From: an uncultured Erythrobacter sp.
Lineage (GTDB): Bacteria; Pseudomonadota; Alphaproteobacteria; Sphingomonadales; Sphingomonadaceae
Length of the DNA: 61,263 nucleotides
Direction: 5' to 3'
Assembly: GCA_938015255.1 (NCBI GenBank)
Contig: CALLQC010000017.1
Span: 1-61,263 of the forward strand
The stretch's first letter is position 1. Each line of letters begins with the position of its first letter. Both the position numbers and the translations under genes were made by a program. Shown here piece by piece: positions 38,126-48,630 of this stretch. The notes beneath the pieces were generated by a model. It was not told the DNA's origin, searched no databases, and worked only from the letters and a program-made list of their open reading frames with translations.

Positions 38126-39835
38126 ATGAACAGCGACAGCGCTGAAGCAAATTCTGCAACTGACCTTCCAATCGAACCACCGATGGTCGACCTGCATATC
38201 GGTACGCATGATCGCGGCTTCTACAATGGCTTTAGCCGTGCGGTCGCGATCCCGGCCAAGATTATCGTGTCGCTTATCATCATGTGGGCAATTTTTTTCC
38301 CTGTCCGCGCGATGGAAACGCTTCAGGTCGCCAATTCAACAATTATCGCCAGTTTCAGCGGATGGTATGTCTACCTAGTTGCTGTGCTGATTGTAGTTTG
38401 CGCAGCTCTGGCGTTGTGGCCGGCCACCGGGCGTTTGCGACTTGGCGGGCCTGATGAAAGCCCGGAATTCTCCCGGTTCTCTTGGGTTTCTATGCTGTTT
38501 GGTGCGGGGATTGGCATAGGCATGCTAACATATTCGACGGGCGAGCCGCTCGCGCACTTCGCGAACAATCCTGACATCATTCGGGGAGAGGTCGCAGCGC
38601 TGTCGGCTGAAGCAGTTCGTCCGGCATATATGTGGACCTTCCTGCATTGGGGTTTTGGTGCCTGGTGCACCTATGCGCTGGTTGGGCTTGCGATAGCTTA
38701 CGTGTCACATCGGCGGGATTTGCCGCTCACCATCAGATCAAGTCTGACGCCGCTTTTCGGCAAAGCGATGTCCGGGGTTTTCGGTCATGTCGTCGACATA
38801 GTCGCGGTGGTTGCCACCATCCTTGGAGTGGCGGTGACAATGGGGCTTGGCGTGCAGCAGTTTGTTTCGGGCTTGCACAGGATCGGTTTTGGTGAATGGC
38901 TGCTTGGTGCCGATGGCGCGGCAACACCTTTGGCTATTGTCGCGGCTTTATTGATCCTGGTGGGAGCGTCGACATTGAGTGCGCTTTCAGGCGTAGGACG
39001 CGGGATCAAATGGCTCTCCAACATCAATATGGTCTTGTCCGTCGCACTTCTGGCACTGTTTGCAGTTGCCGGTTCCGGCCTTTACGGACTTCAGCTTCTG
39101 GGCGTCGGCATCTGGGATTATGTTGTGACGCTTCCGGTCAACTCGCTCACACTTTTTGAAGCGAGCGAAGCTGGAGGCGCGCTTACGCAGTGGCAACTCG
39201 ACTGGTCGGTGTTTTACTGGGCATGGTGGATCGCTTTCGCGCCGTTTGTGGGGATGTTCATTGCGCGGATTTCGCGCGGCCGCACGATCCGCGAATATGT
39301 CTTGGGCGTCGCGCTGGTTCCCTCAGTGATGTGTTTTGTCTGGATGGCATTTGTCGGCGGCACAGCGATCGATCTCGAACTGAACGGTTCGGCAGGCGGG
39401 GCAATCATCGGAACAAACATTTCGGACCAGCTTTACGCGACGCTTGCGGTCCTGCTTGATCCGGCCTTGGCCATTGTCGTGTCCGGCCTCGTTGTTGTTC
39501 TGCTGATGACATATCTTGTTACCTCGGCGGACAGTGCGATCCTTATCGTCAATACGATCAACGGCGCAGGGGATGACGAGGGCTCACGGCGCTATCATAT
39601 CATCTTCTGGGGTCTGGCATTGGCTTTCGTAGTGGGCTCGATGCTCATTCTCGGGGGAATTGACGCCATTCGCATCACCATGATTATCGGCGCATTGCCG
39701 TTTTCGATCGTCGTTCTGGCGATGGCAGTCGCGATCATTAAGGCAGTTGCCTACGACCTTCTCCGCCAGCGTCACGGCATCCCCACTACCGCACTCGGGT
39801 GCGAGGAGTGGGATGGAAAAGTATCCTCCAACTAA
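38126..39835 (+). CDS. BCCT family (betaine/choline/carnitine) transporter
   Basis: PEFSRFSW.SMLFGAGIGIG, EPL.H, LHWG..AW, SGVGRGIKWLSN, WSVFYWAWWIAFAPFVGMFIARISRGRTIRE. Confidence 0.93.
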   Translation: MNSDSAEANSATDLPIEPPMVDLHIGTHDRGFYNGFSRAVAIPAKIIVSLIIMWAIFFPVRAMETLQVANSTIIASFSGWYVYLVAVLIVVCAALALWPATGRLRLGGPDESPEFSRFSWVSMLFGAGIGIGMLTYSTGEPLAHFANNPDIIRGEVAALSAEAVRPAYMWTFLHWGFGAWCTYALVGLAIAYVSHRRDLPLTIRSSLTPLFGKAMSGVFGHVVDIVAVVATILGVAVTMGLGVQQFVSGLHRIGFGEWLLGADGAATPLAIVAALLILVGASTLSALSGVGRGIKWLSNINMVLSVALLALFAVAGSGLYGLQLLGVGIWDYVVTLPVNSLTLFEASEAGGALTQWQLDWSVFYWAWWIAFAPFVGMFIARISRGRTIREYVLGVALVPSVMCFVWMAFVGGTAIDLELNGSAGGAIIGTNISDQLYATLAVLLDPALAIVVSGLVVVLLMTYLVTSADSAILIVNTINGAGDDEGSRRYHIIFWGLALAFVVGSMLILGGIDAIRITMIIGALPFSIVVLAMAVAIIKAVAYDLLRQRHGIPTTALGCEEWDGKVSSN

Positions 39836-39888
39836 ACTTTCCTTACGCGACTTCGCTGAGTTCAAGTCAAAATTAAATCAGACTTGGC

Positions 39889-40022
39889 AATATTTGCAAA
39901 TATTTGCGAATACTTAAAGTATAGCTCTGTAGAAGTTTCGAAACCTCAAAGAAAAAGCGGATAAGACTGAATATATATTTGAATACCGCTCAAATATTTA
40001 CGCGTGTTGTGATAATGCAACA
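39889..40022. promoter_or_regulatory. AT-rich regulatory region upstream of TonB receptor with two palindromes
   Basis: Perfect 16-bp palindrome AATATTTGCAAATATT (39889-39904) and TGTTGT-N6-GCAACA (40005-40022). Confidence 0.45.
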
Positions 40023-40192
40023 GCTGCCCAATAGATTTCGAAAATTGGGGGTGTGGTGGTGGATTCTGGTAGTGTCGGCCTGTTAGCGGGAACCTAATTG
40101 AGCGCAAAGTTTATCTTTTGCGTCCATTTCTTGAAAATCACTGCGGGGTCGCGGTGAATTTCGCCCGAAAGAGTCACAAGGGGCTAATCACA

Positions 40193-42850
40193 ATGAGAAA
40201 ACTCACAGGCGGCGCGTCAATAGGCGCGCTAGCAGTCGCACTCACGTCACCTGTCGCCGCGCAGGACAATGGTGCCCAGTCGCAAGCCGCTCAGCCAGAG
40301 CAACGCGGCGGGGTCAAAACCATCGTCGTTACCGCTCAAAAGCGGTCTGAAGATCTCCAGGATGTTCCGGTTTCCGTTGCCGCAATCGGTGCGGAGCAGC
40401 TCGAAGAACTGAACATCGACACTTTCGAAGACTACCTAGAACAGCTGCCTACCGTGACTGCCGGTGGCAATGGCCCCGGCCAAAGCACAATCTACATCCG
40501 CGGTCTTGCATCGACGACGCCGAACATCACGGTTGCCGGTGTCGCCGGCCTTGCACCGAACGTGGCGCTGTATCTGAATGATCAGCCGCTTGCGCAGCCG
40601 GGCCGCAACCTCGATGTTTATGCCGCCGACCTTGAGCGGATTGAAGTGCTTTCGGGTCCGCAAGGCACGTTGTTTGGCGCAAGCTCGCAAGCAGGCGTCG
40701 TGCGTCTTATTACCAACAAGCCGAGCCTGTCCGGTTTTGACGCTTCGTTCTCCGCCGGAGTGTCCTTCACCAAGGGCGGCGAGAGCAGTTACAAAGGCGA
40801 GGTGATGGTCAATGTGCCCGTTACCGATACCTTTGCACTTCGCGGTGTCGTGTATCTCGATGATCAGGGCGGCTACATCGACAATGTCCCCGGCACTCGC
40901 GATTTGACGGAAAGTGGGCGTTTCCGCCCATCGGGTACGGTTCGTTCGAATGGCCTGCCCGTGAACGCCAATCGCGGCGGTTTCCAGGCCGGCGCGGACC
41001 TTTCCAATGTCACGTTCCTGCAGGCTGACAACGCTGGCATCGCTCAGGATGATTTCAACGATACCCAATATGCAGGCTTCCGTGTTTCGGGCCTTTGGGA
41101 AGTTACGCCAGATTGGACAGTAAGCGTTTCGCACCAGCGCCAAAGCCTTGAGTCAGACGGCGTGTTTTTCGCTGATCCGGAGCTTGGCGGCCTTGATGAC
41201 CTCGAAATAGAGCGCTTTGAAGAAGACCGGCTCGAAGACGATTTCTCGAACACAAGCTGGACTGTCGAAGGGCGTCTCGCGATGCTGGATGTGGTTTACA
41301 CGGGTGCTTATACCGACCGTGAAAGCACGCAGCGCGCAGACTACACAGACTATCTGTTCGTCGGCCAATACCTGCCGTATTACATCTGCGATGGTTCGGT
41401 GACCTATCCGGGCGCTGCAGCGCCAAGCGGGACTTGTCAGGCGCCGAACCTCTATGTGAATTCGTTCAGCAAGACCGAAGTTTTCACTCAGGAACTGCGT
41501 TTCAGCACACCTGATGATTGGCGTCTGCGTTTTCAGGGCGGCGGGTTCTATTCCGATCTCTCGCTCGAAGAGCGCGTTGACTTTGCCTATCCGGGTAACG
41601 TTATCGCGCAGCCGTTCGGGCCGTTTGCTCCCAACTTCCCGCAGATGAGCGGTTTCGTTTCCGATCCGGGCCCGTTCCCGGCCGAAACGATCTTTCGCAA
41701 CGACGTGCGCCGGACAGATGAGCAATTCGGCTTCTTCGGCGAGGCAAGCTTTGACATTGTCCCGGATCTTCTCACCGTTACGCTCGGCGCTCGATATTAC
41801 GATATCGAAGTCGATCTGGAAGGAAGCGCCAATGGCTCCTTCTGTAATTCGGGCGGAACCGATCAAAACGCCTTCGGGACCGATATCAGCGACCTGTACG
41901 ATGGTGATGGATCGTTTACGTTTATCGGATCCTGCAGCGCAGCGCTGCGCCAGACTTTTGATCTGAATGATAGCCTGCAAGACATCCAGGATGCCGGTCT
42001 TTCGGCGACACAGGCGCAGCAGGTGTTCAATGCCATCCGCGCGCCTGATACTGCGTCGACGAGCGGCACGATCTTCAAGGGGACGGCAACGCTGACACCA
42101 AATGAGGATTTGCTGTTCTACCTGACCTATTCGGAGGGCTTCCGTCCCGGCCTGCTCAACCGCCCCGGCGGCGCGCTCGGCCCGAACGGGTTTACCGTGC
42201 CTTTCGAGCTCGAAACCGATGAGGTCAAGAATTACGAATTTGGCTGGAAAATGGACCTGATCGACGGCCAGTTCCGCGTCAACGGTTCGGCATTCTATGT
42301 CGATATCGCCAATCTTCAGACGACGATTTTCGATCCGTCGATCACCAACCTGTTCTTTTCGGACAATGCGGCGAATGCGGAGATTTATGGCATTGAGGCC
42401 GACTTTACGATCGCACCCTATTCAACGCCTGGTTTGACTGTTGCAGGTGCATTTTCAATTCTCGATACCGAGATCACCGAGGTTCTGACGCCGACGAATG
42501 ATGTGATTGCTGGTGAAGAATTGGCCTATGCACCGGGTTTCCAGGGCAATATCCGCGTTCGCTACGAATGGGATTTGTCGAATACGATGGAGGCCTATAT
42601 TCAGCCGCAGGTCTCCTACTCGGCTGCCAAGTTCACAGATATTATCGAGATCAACAAGATTGAGCTCGACAGCTACGCGCTTTTCGATCTTTCTGCGGGC
42701 ATCAAGATGGAGCAGTGGAAGTTTGAGCTGTTCGGTGAGAACTTGACCGATGAACGCGCCCAGATTTCGGGCAACTTTGGCAACGACCGCGCAAGGATCG
42801 TGACCAACCGTCCGCTGACTGTCGGCATGCGGGTCGGTTTTAACTACTGA
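40193..42850 (+). CDS. TonB-dependent receptor
   Basis: Signal peptide; TIVVTAQKR..LQDVP; plug DLERIEVLSGPQGTLFG; C-terminal ENLTDE...RVGFNY. Confidence 0.95.
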   Translation: MRKLTGGASIGALAVALTSPVAAQDNGAQSQAAQPEQRGGVKTIVVTAQKRSEDLQDVPVSVAAIGAEQLEELNIDTFEDYLEQLPTVTAGGNGPGQSTIYIRGLASTTPNITVAGVAGLAPNVALYLNDQPLAQPGRNLDVYAADLERIEVLSGPQGTLFGASSQAGVVRLITNKPSLSGFDASFSAGVSFTKGGESSYKGEVMVNVPVTDTFALRGVVYLDDQGGYIDNVPGTRDLTESGRFRPSGTVRSNGLPVNANRGGFQAGADLSNVTFLQADNAGIAQDDFNDTQYAGFRVSGLWEVTPDWTVSVSHQRQSLESDGVFFADPELGGLDDLEIERFEEDRLEDDFSNTSWTVEGRLAMLDVVYTGAYTDRESTQRADYTDYLFVGQYLPYYICDGSVTYPGAAAPSGTCQAPNLYVNSFSKTEVFTQELRFSTPDDWRLRFQGGGFYSDLSLEERVDFAYPGNVIAQPFGPFAPNFPQMSGFVSDPGPFPAETIFRNDVRRTDEQFGFFGEASFDIVPDLLTVTLGARYYDIEVDLEGSANGSFCNSGGTDQNAFGTDISDLYDGDGSFTFIGSCSAALRQTFDLNDSLQDIQDAGLSATQAQQVFNAIRAPDTASTSGTIFKGTATLTPNEDLLFYLTYSEGFRPGLLNRPGGALGPNGFTVPFELETDEVKNYEFGWKMDLIDGQFRVNGSAFYVDIANLQTTIFDPSITNLFFSDNAANAEIYGIEADFTIAPYSTPGLTVAGAFSILDTEITEVLTPTNDVIAGEELAYAPGFQGNIRVRYEWDLSNTMEAYIQPQVSYSAAKFTDIIEINKIELDSYALFDLSAGIKMEQWKFELFGENLTDERAQISGNFGNDRARIVTNRPLTVGMRVGFNY

Positions 42851-42875
42851 CTTGTAGAATCTGGATCAACATTCG

Positions 42876-42916
42876 GGCGGGAGTGGACTGGAATGTTCAC
42901 TCCCGCCTTTGTTTTG
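42876..42916 (+). terminator. Rho-independent terminator after TonB receptor
   Basis: GGCGGGAGTGGAC-loop-GTTCACTCCCGCC followed by TTTGTTTT. Confidence 0.8.
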
Positions 42917-42930
42917 ACTAAGCGATTGCC

Positions 42931-44892
42931 ATGACCCGCGACGAACATCTCAAATTGATCCAGCAAAGCCTTCAGTCGGGGCATTTCAATGAGGGGCTCG
43001 CCCAAGCCCGCCTGCTGCTTGACGAGGATGTGGGCGATGGCGAGGCGCTTTACATGGCTGCGGTGGCGTCACGTTATTTGAATGACTTCGAGGCAGCCGA
43101 AAAGTATTTAGCAAGGCTTCATGCCGCGATGCCTGAGTTCGGGCGGGCATGGCAGGAGCAGGGGCATCTCGCGGTTGCGCGGGGAGAAACGAATGCAGCA
43201 TTGGATGCTTTCGTTCGTGCGACCCGATTCAACCCTGCACTTCATGCAAGTTTTCGCGAGCAGGCGCGCTTGCTGAAAGTAGCGGGCCGTGACGCTGAAG
43301 CTCAAGCTGCTGCCGCCCAGCAACAGCGGCTCGAGCAGCTTCCGCGTGAGCTCGTGGCAGTTACAAACCATCTGGCTGAAGGGCGGCTTGTTCGCGCAGA
43401 ACAGATCTGCCGTCTCTATCTGCGTAGCAATCCGCGCGATGTCGAAGGGATGCGATTGCTGGCGAGGATAGGTATTGAGCTGGGTATACTTGATGATGCA
43501 GAATTCCTGCTGGAAAGCGCAGTCGAATTTGCACCCGATGATATCCAGTTGCGGCTCGATTACGTCGATGCGCTGCGAAGGCGGCAAAATTTCGAAAAGG
43601 CGCGGGAGGAAGCAGAGAAGCTCTACGCCCGCGATCCTGCCAGCCCGCTTTTTCAGTCCCGACTTGCAATCGAGAGTATGCAGACAGGCGATTATGCGCG
43701 CGGGCTGGAACTGTTCGATGCAGTGCTGAAACAGCTTCCCAATGACCCCGCTAATCTCACAAGCAAGGGGCATGCACTGAAAACGACAGGCGCTCAAAAC
43801 GACGCCATCGAAAGCTATCGCGCGGCGATTTCGGCCAAACCCGATCATGGCGATGCCTGGTATGCGCTGGCCAATCTGAAAACCTATTCGTTTAAGGATG
43901 CAGAAGTTACCGCCATGCAAGAGCAAGCCAACCGGCCGGACCTTGCATTTATGGACCGGGTCCATATCGCCTTCGCTCTGGGTAAAGCGCATGAAGATCG
44001 CGGCGAATATGAAGCAAGTTTCGCCAAATATGACGAAGGAAATGCGCTAAAACGCGCACAGACCCGGTACAGCGCCGATGCCATGTCGGATGAGCTTGCA
44101 AAGCAGAAAGAGCATTGCACGCCCGATCTTTTTGCAAAGCATGCCAATAAAGGGGACACGGCCCGTGATCCAATTTTTATCCTCGGCTTGCCCCGCGCCG
44201 GATCGACGCTGCTGGAGCAGATCCTGGCCAGCCATTCACAGATCGACGGGACGCTTGAGCTGCCAAACATTCTGGCGCTTGCTCACCGACTTCGTGGCCG
44301 CAAGGCCGGACAGTCGCGTTACCCGCAAATCCTGCATGATCTATCCGCCGATCAGCTGGCCAAATTTGGCGAAGACTTTATTGCGAACACCCGTATCCAC
44401 CGGCAACATGCACCGTTCTTCATCGATAAAATGCCGAACAATTTCCGGCATATCGGCCTGATCCATCTGATCCTGCCGAATGCCAAGATTATCGATGCCC
44501 GCCGCGCACCGATGGATTGCTGCTTTTCCGGTTTCAAGCAGCTTTTCGCTGAGGGCCAGGAGTTCACGTACGGGCTGCATGAGGTGGGACGGTATTATGC
44601 GGACTATGCCGATCTGATGGATCACTGGGACGCTGTCCTTCCTGACAAGATCCTGCGCGTTCAGCACGAGGATGTGCTTGACGATCTGGAGGGGCAAACA
44701 CGGCGAATGCTCGGATTTCTAGGCGTGCCTTTTGAAAATGCGTGCCTGAAATTTCACAAGACAGATCGCCCTGTACGGACAGCATCCAGCGAACAGGTGC
44801 GCCGACCGATCAATCGCAAAGGTCAGGGTGCCTGGAAACCCTTTGAGCCATGGCTTGACCCGCTTAAGCAGGCCCTTGACGGGCTTACCTAG
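42931..44892 (+). CDS. TPR-repeat sulfotransferase family protein
   Basis: N-terminal TPRs; PIFILGLPRAGSTLLEQILASH (PAPS 5'-PSB loop), DKMPNNF, VRTASSEQVR. Confidence 0.9.
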   Translation: MTRDEHLKLIQQSLQSGHFNEGLAQARLLLDEDVGDGEALYMAAVASRYLNDFEAAEKYLARLHAAMPEFGRAWQEQGHLAVARGETNAALDAFVRATRFNPALHASFREQARLLKVAGRDAEAQAAAAQQQRLEQLPRELVAVTNHLAEGRLVRAEQICRLYLRSNPRDVEGMRLLARIGIELGILDDAEFLLESAVEFAPDDIQLRLDYVDALRRRQNFEKAREEAEKLYARDPASPLFQSRLAIESMQTGDYARGLELFDAVLKQLPNDPANLTSKGHALKTTGAQNDAIESYRAAISAKPDHGDAWYALANLKTYSFKDAEVTAMQEQANRPDLAFMDRVHIAFALGKAHEDRGEYEASFAKYDEGNALKRAQTRYSADAMSDELAKQKEHCTPDLFAKHANKGDTARDPIFILGLPRAGSTLLEQILASHSQIDGTLELPNILALAHRLRGRKAGQSRYPQILHDLSADQLAKFGEDFIANTRIHRQHAPFFIDKMPNNFRHIGLIHLILPNAKIIDARRAPMDCCFSGFKQLFAEGQEFTYGLHEVGRYYADYADLMDHWDAVLPDKILRVQHEDVLDDLEGQTRRMLGFLGVPFENACLKFHKTDRPVRTASSEQVRRPINRKGQGAWKPFEPWLDPLKQALDGLT

Positions 44893-45227
44893 GCCAAACG
44901 CGATCCATCTGGGACACCAGAGCCCGGATCCGCCAGCACAATTGCCCCTTCTTCATCGGGAAATCCAAGTACCAGAACTTCGGACATGAACGGTCCGATC
45001 TGCCGCGGCGGAAAGTTCACCACCGCCATCACCTTTCGTCCGACCAATTGGTCTGGCGTGTAGTGTTCGGTGATTTGTGCGGAGCTTTTCCTGCACCCTA
45101 TGGGCTCGCCGAAATCAACTTGCAGTTTGATCGCAGGTTTGCGTGCCTCCGGAAATTCTTCGGCAGAAACCACCGTTCCCGCGCGGATATCGACTGCGAG
45201 AAATGTGTCGAATGTCGTTTGTTTCAT
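44889..45227 (-). CDS. csaA: CsaA tRNA-binding / secretion chaperone
   Basis: VDIRAG.V..AE.FPEARKPA, SSAQIT.HY, VVNFPPRQIGPFMSEVL. Confidence 0.92.
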   Translation of the reverse strand: MKQTTFDTFLAVDIRAGTVVSAEEFPEARKPAIKLQVDFGEPIGCRKSSAQITEHYTPDQLVGRKVMAVVNFPPRQIGPFMSEVLVLGFPDEEGAIVLADPGSGVPDGSRLA

Positions 45228-45363
45228 ACCCCAAGCCTAATCCATTGGCAGGGGACATCAAAGGCATTCCCGATGTCGGGTCAACTTCAAGGCTTTCCTT
45301 GGGGCTGGCTCTGCGATAGATTGCGAAACGCAACTAAATGCGATGGAGCGGAGTTTCTTCACA

Positions 45364-45855
45364 ATGGCAAGTTTTAACCTGAATGGTCAGCCCGTCACGG
45401 TTGAAGTTGATCCCGCTATGCCGATCCTCTGGGTCGTGCGAGAGAAGCTGGGAATGAATGGCACGAAATTCGGATGCGGCATAGCGCAATGCGGTGCGTG
45501 CACCGTGCATCTGGATGGGCAGCCGATAAGAAGCTGCTCCACTCCAGTAGCCCAGGCTGAAGGGCGCGATGTTACGACTATCGAGGGCATTGCTGGACCG
45601 GACGGCGAGCTGACCAGGATCCAGCAGGCATGGATATCCGAACAGGTTCCGCAATGCGGATATTGCCAGTCCGGACAAATCATGGCTGCAACCGCATTGC
45701 TGCGCGAAAATTCCAATCCGACCGATCAGGACATTGATGCCGCCATGTCTGGCAATATCTGCCGTTGCGGAACCTACACGCGCATTCGCCGAGCGATCAA
45801 AGTGGCAGCGGGTCAGGAACGACCTCTCGATGAGCGGCTGGCGGGGGAGGCCTGA
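45364..45855 (+). CDS. 2x[2Fe-2S] small subunit of molybdenum hydroxylase (IorA/CoxS-like)
   Basis: [19 protein letters not shown]; QCGYCQSGQ; GNICRCGTY. Confidence 0.93.
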   Translation: MASFNLNGQPVTVEVDPAMPILWVVREKLGMNGTKFGCGIAQCGACTVHLDGQPIRSCSTPVAQAEGRDVTTIEGIAGPDGELTRIQQAWISEQVPQCGYCQSGQIMAATALLRENSNPTDQDIDAAMSGNICRCGTYTRIRRAIKVAAGQERPLDERLAGEA

Positions 45856-45858
45856 TCC

Positions 45859-48111
45859 ATGAACAAAATGAGCTCTGAAAAGAATGAACGATCAAAACTG
45901 GTAAAATGGAGCCGGCGCGGATTCATCGGCGCAGGTGTGCTGGCCGGCGGCGGTTTGCTGATTGGTATTGGCGTTCGTCCGGGAAATCCGGTCGGCGCAC
46001 TTGCGCCAAAGGTTGCGACAGGAGCGGGTGAGCAATTGGTCAACAGTTGGGTCAAGATTGACGCCAACAATATTATCACTGCCATCGTTCCGCACTGCGA
46101 GATGGGTCAGGGCGCGCATTCTGTGCTGGGTCAGATGCTCGCCGACGAGCTCGATGCCAAATGGGATGATGTGCGCGTCATGCAGGCTCCTGCCGATGGC
46201 AGCTATGTCGTGACCGATACCGCACGAATGTTTGCCGCGCCCTTCACCTTGAACGCGGCTGACTGGATCGAACCGACATGGAACGGTTTGTTCACGCAGG
46301 TCGCGCGATTTGCCGATGCGATGATCACGGGCGGCTCTTCATCGATCCGAACAACCGGACAGCATCAGATGCGCATTGCAGGCGCAGCAGCACGAAAGAT
46401 GCTGAAAGGCGCAGCAGCTGACGCTTGGAACGTTTCACCAAACGAGATCACAACGAAGGACAGCACGCTTTTTCACGAGGCCTCTGGCCGGTCTGCGAGC
46501 TATGCAGAATTTGCCAGCGCCGCGGCCGAGCAGCCGATGGATCAGACGCCCGCGCTGAAATCACCTGCGGAATATCGCCTAATGGGCAAAAGCAAGCGCC
46601 GCACTGATATTCCCGCGAAGGCTAATGGAACTGCGGAATTTGGCATTGATGCAGTGCCAGAGGGTCTCAGCTTAAGTTATGCAGCTGTTGTTCGTCCGCC
46701 TTTGCCCGGCACAAAAGTTACAGGGATGGATGCCGCGCGTGCCAAGGACATGGCCGGGGTTCTTCAAATCCTCAACATGGGGAATTTCGTCGCAGTCGTG
46801 GCTGAGAGCTATTGGGAGGCGCAGCAGGCTGTTGGCACGATCGGGATCGAATGGAGCGATACGGAAAGCGCGATCCGAACGACGAACGACCAATTTGCCG
46901 CCTTTGCCAAGGCGCTGGACGAAGTCGGCGAAAGTGGCGGTGAACAGGCCGCTGCGAAGGGCGATTTCGCGGCAGCCTTTGCCGAGGCACCAACCAAGAT
47001 AGAGGCCGAATACAAGGTTCCTTATCTCGCGCACGCGCCGATGGAGCCAATAAATTGCACCGCCCATTTTAAAGATGGCGCAATTGATATCTGGACCAGC
47101 ACGCAAGTGCCGTTGATGGCGCGCAGCGCCGTGGCGGACGCGATCGGTTTGTCCGATGATGCGATTACCATTCACCATCCGTATCTTGGCGGGGCGTTTG
47201 GACGCCGGCTCGAAAGCGAATATGTGACCATGGCTGCGCGCGTTGCGAAAGCGACCGGATACCCAGTGAAGATGATCTGGAGCCGCGAGGAAGATACTCA
47301 AAAATCTATCTATCGCCCTGCTGATATCAGTCGTTTCCGAGGCGCTTTGGATACCGAAGGCAGGCTGGTCGCCTATGATAATGTGTTTACGCAGCGACAT
47401 GATCCGGCAGAAGCGAGTGTGCCTGCAATGTATGACATTGCGAACACTTCAGTCCGGGTTGCGGAAGCTGCGCTGCACTTGCCTTTTGCCGCTTGGCGCT
47501 CAGTCGACCATTCCCAGCATGGCTGGTTCATCGAAAGCTTTATTGACGAAGCTGCGCATGAAGCGGGCACTGATCCGCTTGAATACCGGCTTTCGATGTT
47601 AAGTAACGCACCGCGCCATCGTGCGGTCCTCACGAAGCTCGGCGAGATAAGCAATTGGGGCAGCGCGGCTGAAGAGGGCAAGGCGAAAGGGATTGCGATT
47701 GTCGAGAGTTTCGGCAGCATCGTCGCAGAAGTGATCGAGGTTGATATGTCGTCCGGTAAGCCCAGGATGACAAATTGCTGGGCCGTCTGCGATGCCGGTT
47801 TTGTCATGAATCCAGACGGATTCCGCAATCAGATCGAAGGCGGAATAGTCTATGGTCTCACCGCAGCTTTGTACGGGGAGCTTGACCTTGTCGATGGCGC
47901 GGTCAAGCAGAGCAACTTTCACGACTACAAAATGCTCCGGATGGACGAAACGCCGAATATCGAAGTCGCGATCATCAATTCCGGTGATGTGCCTGTGGGC
48001 GGGGCGGGGGAACCTGGGCTACCGCCAGCTGCACCAGCGTTGACCAATGCGATCTTCGCTGCCAGCGGCGAACGGATCCGGGAATTGCCGATCATGAAAC
48101 GCTTTGGCTAA
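45859..48111 (+). CDS. Molybdopterin large subunit (IorB/aldehyde oxidoreductase-like), Tat-exported
   Basis: Tat motif SRRGFI; EMGQG, TGGSSS, HAPMEP, GGAFGRR, NQIEGG, SNFHDY, GAGEPG. Confidence 0.92.
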   Translation: MNKMSSEKNERSKLVKWSRRGFIGAGVLAGGGLLIGIGVRPGNPVGALAPKVATGAGEQLVNSWVKIDANNIITAIVPHCEMGQGAHSVLGQMLADELDAKWDDVRVMQAPADGSYVVTDTARMFAAPFTLNAADWIEPTWNGLFTQVARFADAMITGGSSSIRTTGQHQMRIAGAAARKMLKGAAADAWNVSPNEITTKDSTLFHEASGRSASYAEFASAAAEQPMDQTPALKSPAEYRLMGKSKRRTDIPAKANGTAEFGIDAVPEGLSLSYAAVVRPPLPGTKVTGMDAARAKDMAGVLQILNMGNFVAVVAESYWEAQQAVGTIGIEWSDTESAIRTTNDQFAAFAKALDEVGESGGEQAAAKGDFAAAFAEAPTKIEAEYKVPYLAHAPMEPINCTAHFKDGAIDIWTSTQVPLMARSAVADAIGLSDDAITIHHPYLGGAFGRRLESEYVTMAARVAKATGYPVKMIWSREEDTQKSIYRPADISRFRGALDTEGRLVAYDNVFTQRHDPAEASVPAMYDIANTSVRVAEAALHLPFAAWRSVDHSQHGWFIESFIDEAAHEAGTDPLEYRLSMLSNAPRHRAVLTKLGEISNWGSAAEEGKAKGIAIVESFGSIVAEVIEVDMSSGKPRMTNCWAVCDAGFVMNPDGFRNQIEGGIVYGLTAALYGELDLVDGAVKQSNFHDYKMLRMDETPNIEVAIINSGDVPVGGAGEPGLPPAAPALTNAIFAASGERIRELPIMKRFG

Positions 48112-48142
48112 ACTGGGAATTATGGACCGAGGGGCAGCGAAA

Positions 48143-48613
48143 ATGCGTATTAATGCGTTCATGGCGATCGGCCTGCTGGCCATAATGGCCACCGCCTGTG
48201 GCGGTTCAAATGAGCAGGACGTCATTGAGCAGATCGTCATACGTGAACCGGGAGAGGCCCCTGTGGTGGATGCTGCTATCGCACCGGGCGAGAGCGGGGC
48301 AGTCGATCTCCTGGCGCAGGGCCAGGCGGCTTTTGCGATGTGCACCGGCTGTCACATCGCCGAAGCGGGCGAACCGTCGCGTGCTGGTCCCAACCTCTAT
48401 GGCGTCGCAGGACGCGAGGCCGGATCTTTGAACGACTTTGCCTATTCGGAAGCATTGGCTGCATCTGGAATCGTCTGGAACGCGGAGAATCTCGACATCT
48501 ATCTTGCCAATCCGACTGCCGCAGTACCAGGGACAATTATGTCGTCTGGCGCGGTAGAAGACGAACAGCGCCGAGCGGCCATCATCGCTTATCTTCAAAG
48601 CCTTAGCGGCTAG
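48143..48613 (+). CDS. Monoheme class I cytochrome c lipoprotein
   Basis: Lipobox-like MATAC; CTGCH; GPNLYGV.GR.AGS; axial Met in PGTIM. Confidence 0.88.
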   Translation: MRINAFMAIGLLAIMATACGGSNEQDVIEQIVIREPGEAPVVDAAIAPGESGAVDLLAQGQAAFAMCTGCHIAEAGEPSRAGPNLYGVAGREAGSLNDFAYSEALAASGIVWNAENLDIYLANPTAAVPGTIMSSGAVEDEQRRAAIIAYLQSLSG

Positions 48614-48630
48614 GCTGGAGCTCGGCAGCC

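Noticed and set aside
44889-44892. Convergent genes sharing CTAG stop overlap
   Set aside because: Common compact arrangement with no special meaning evident.
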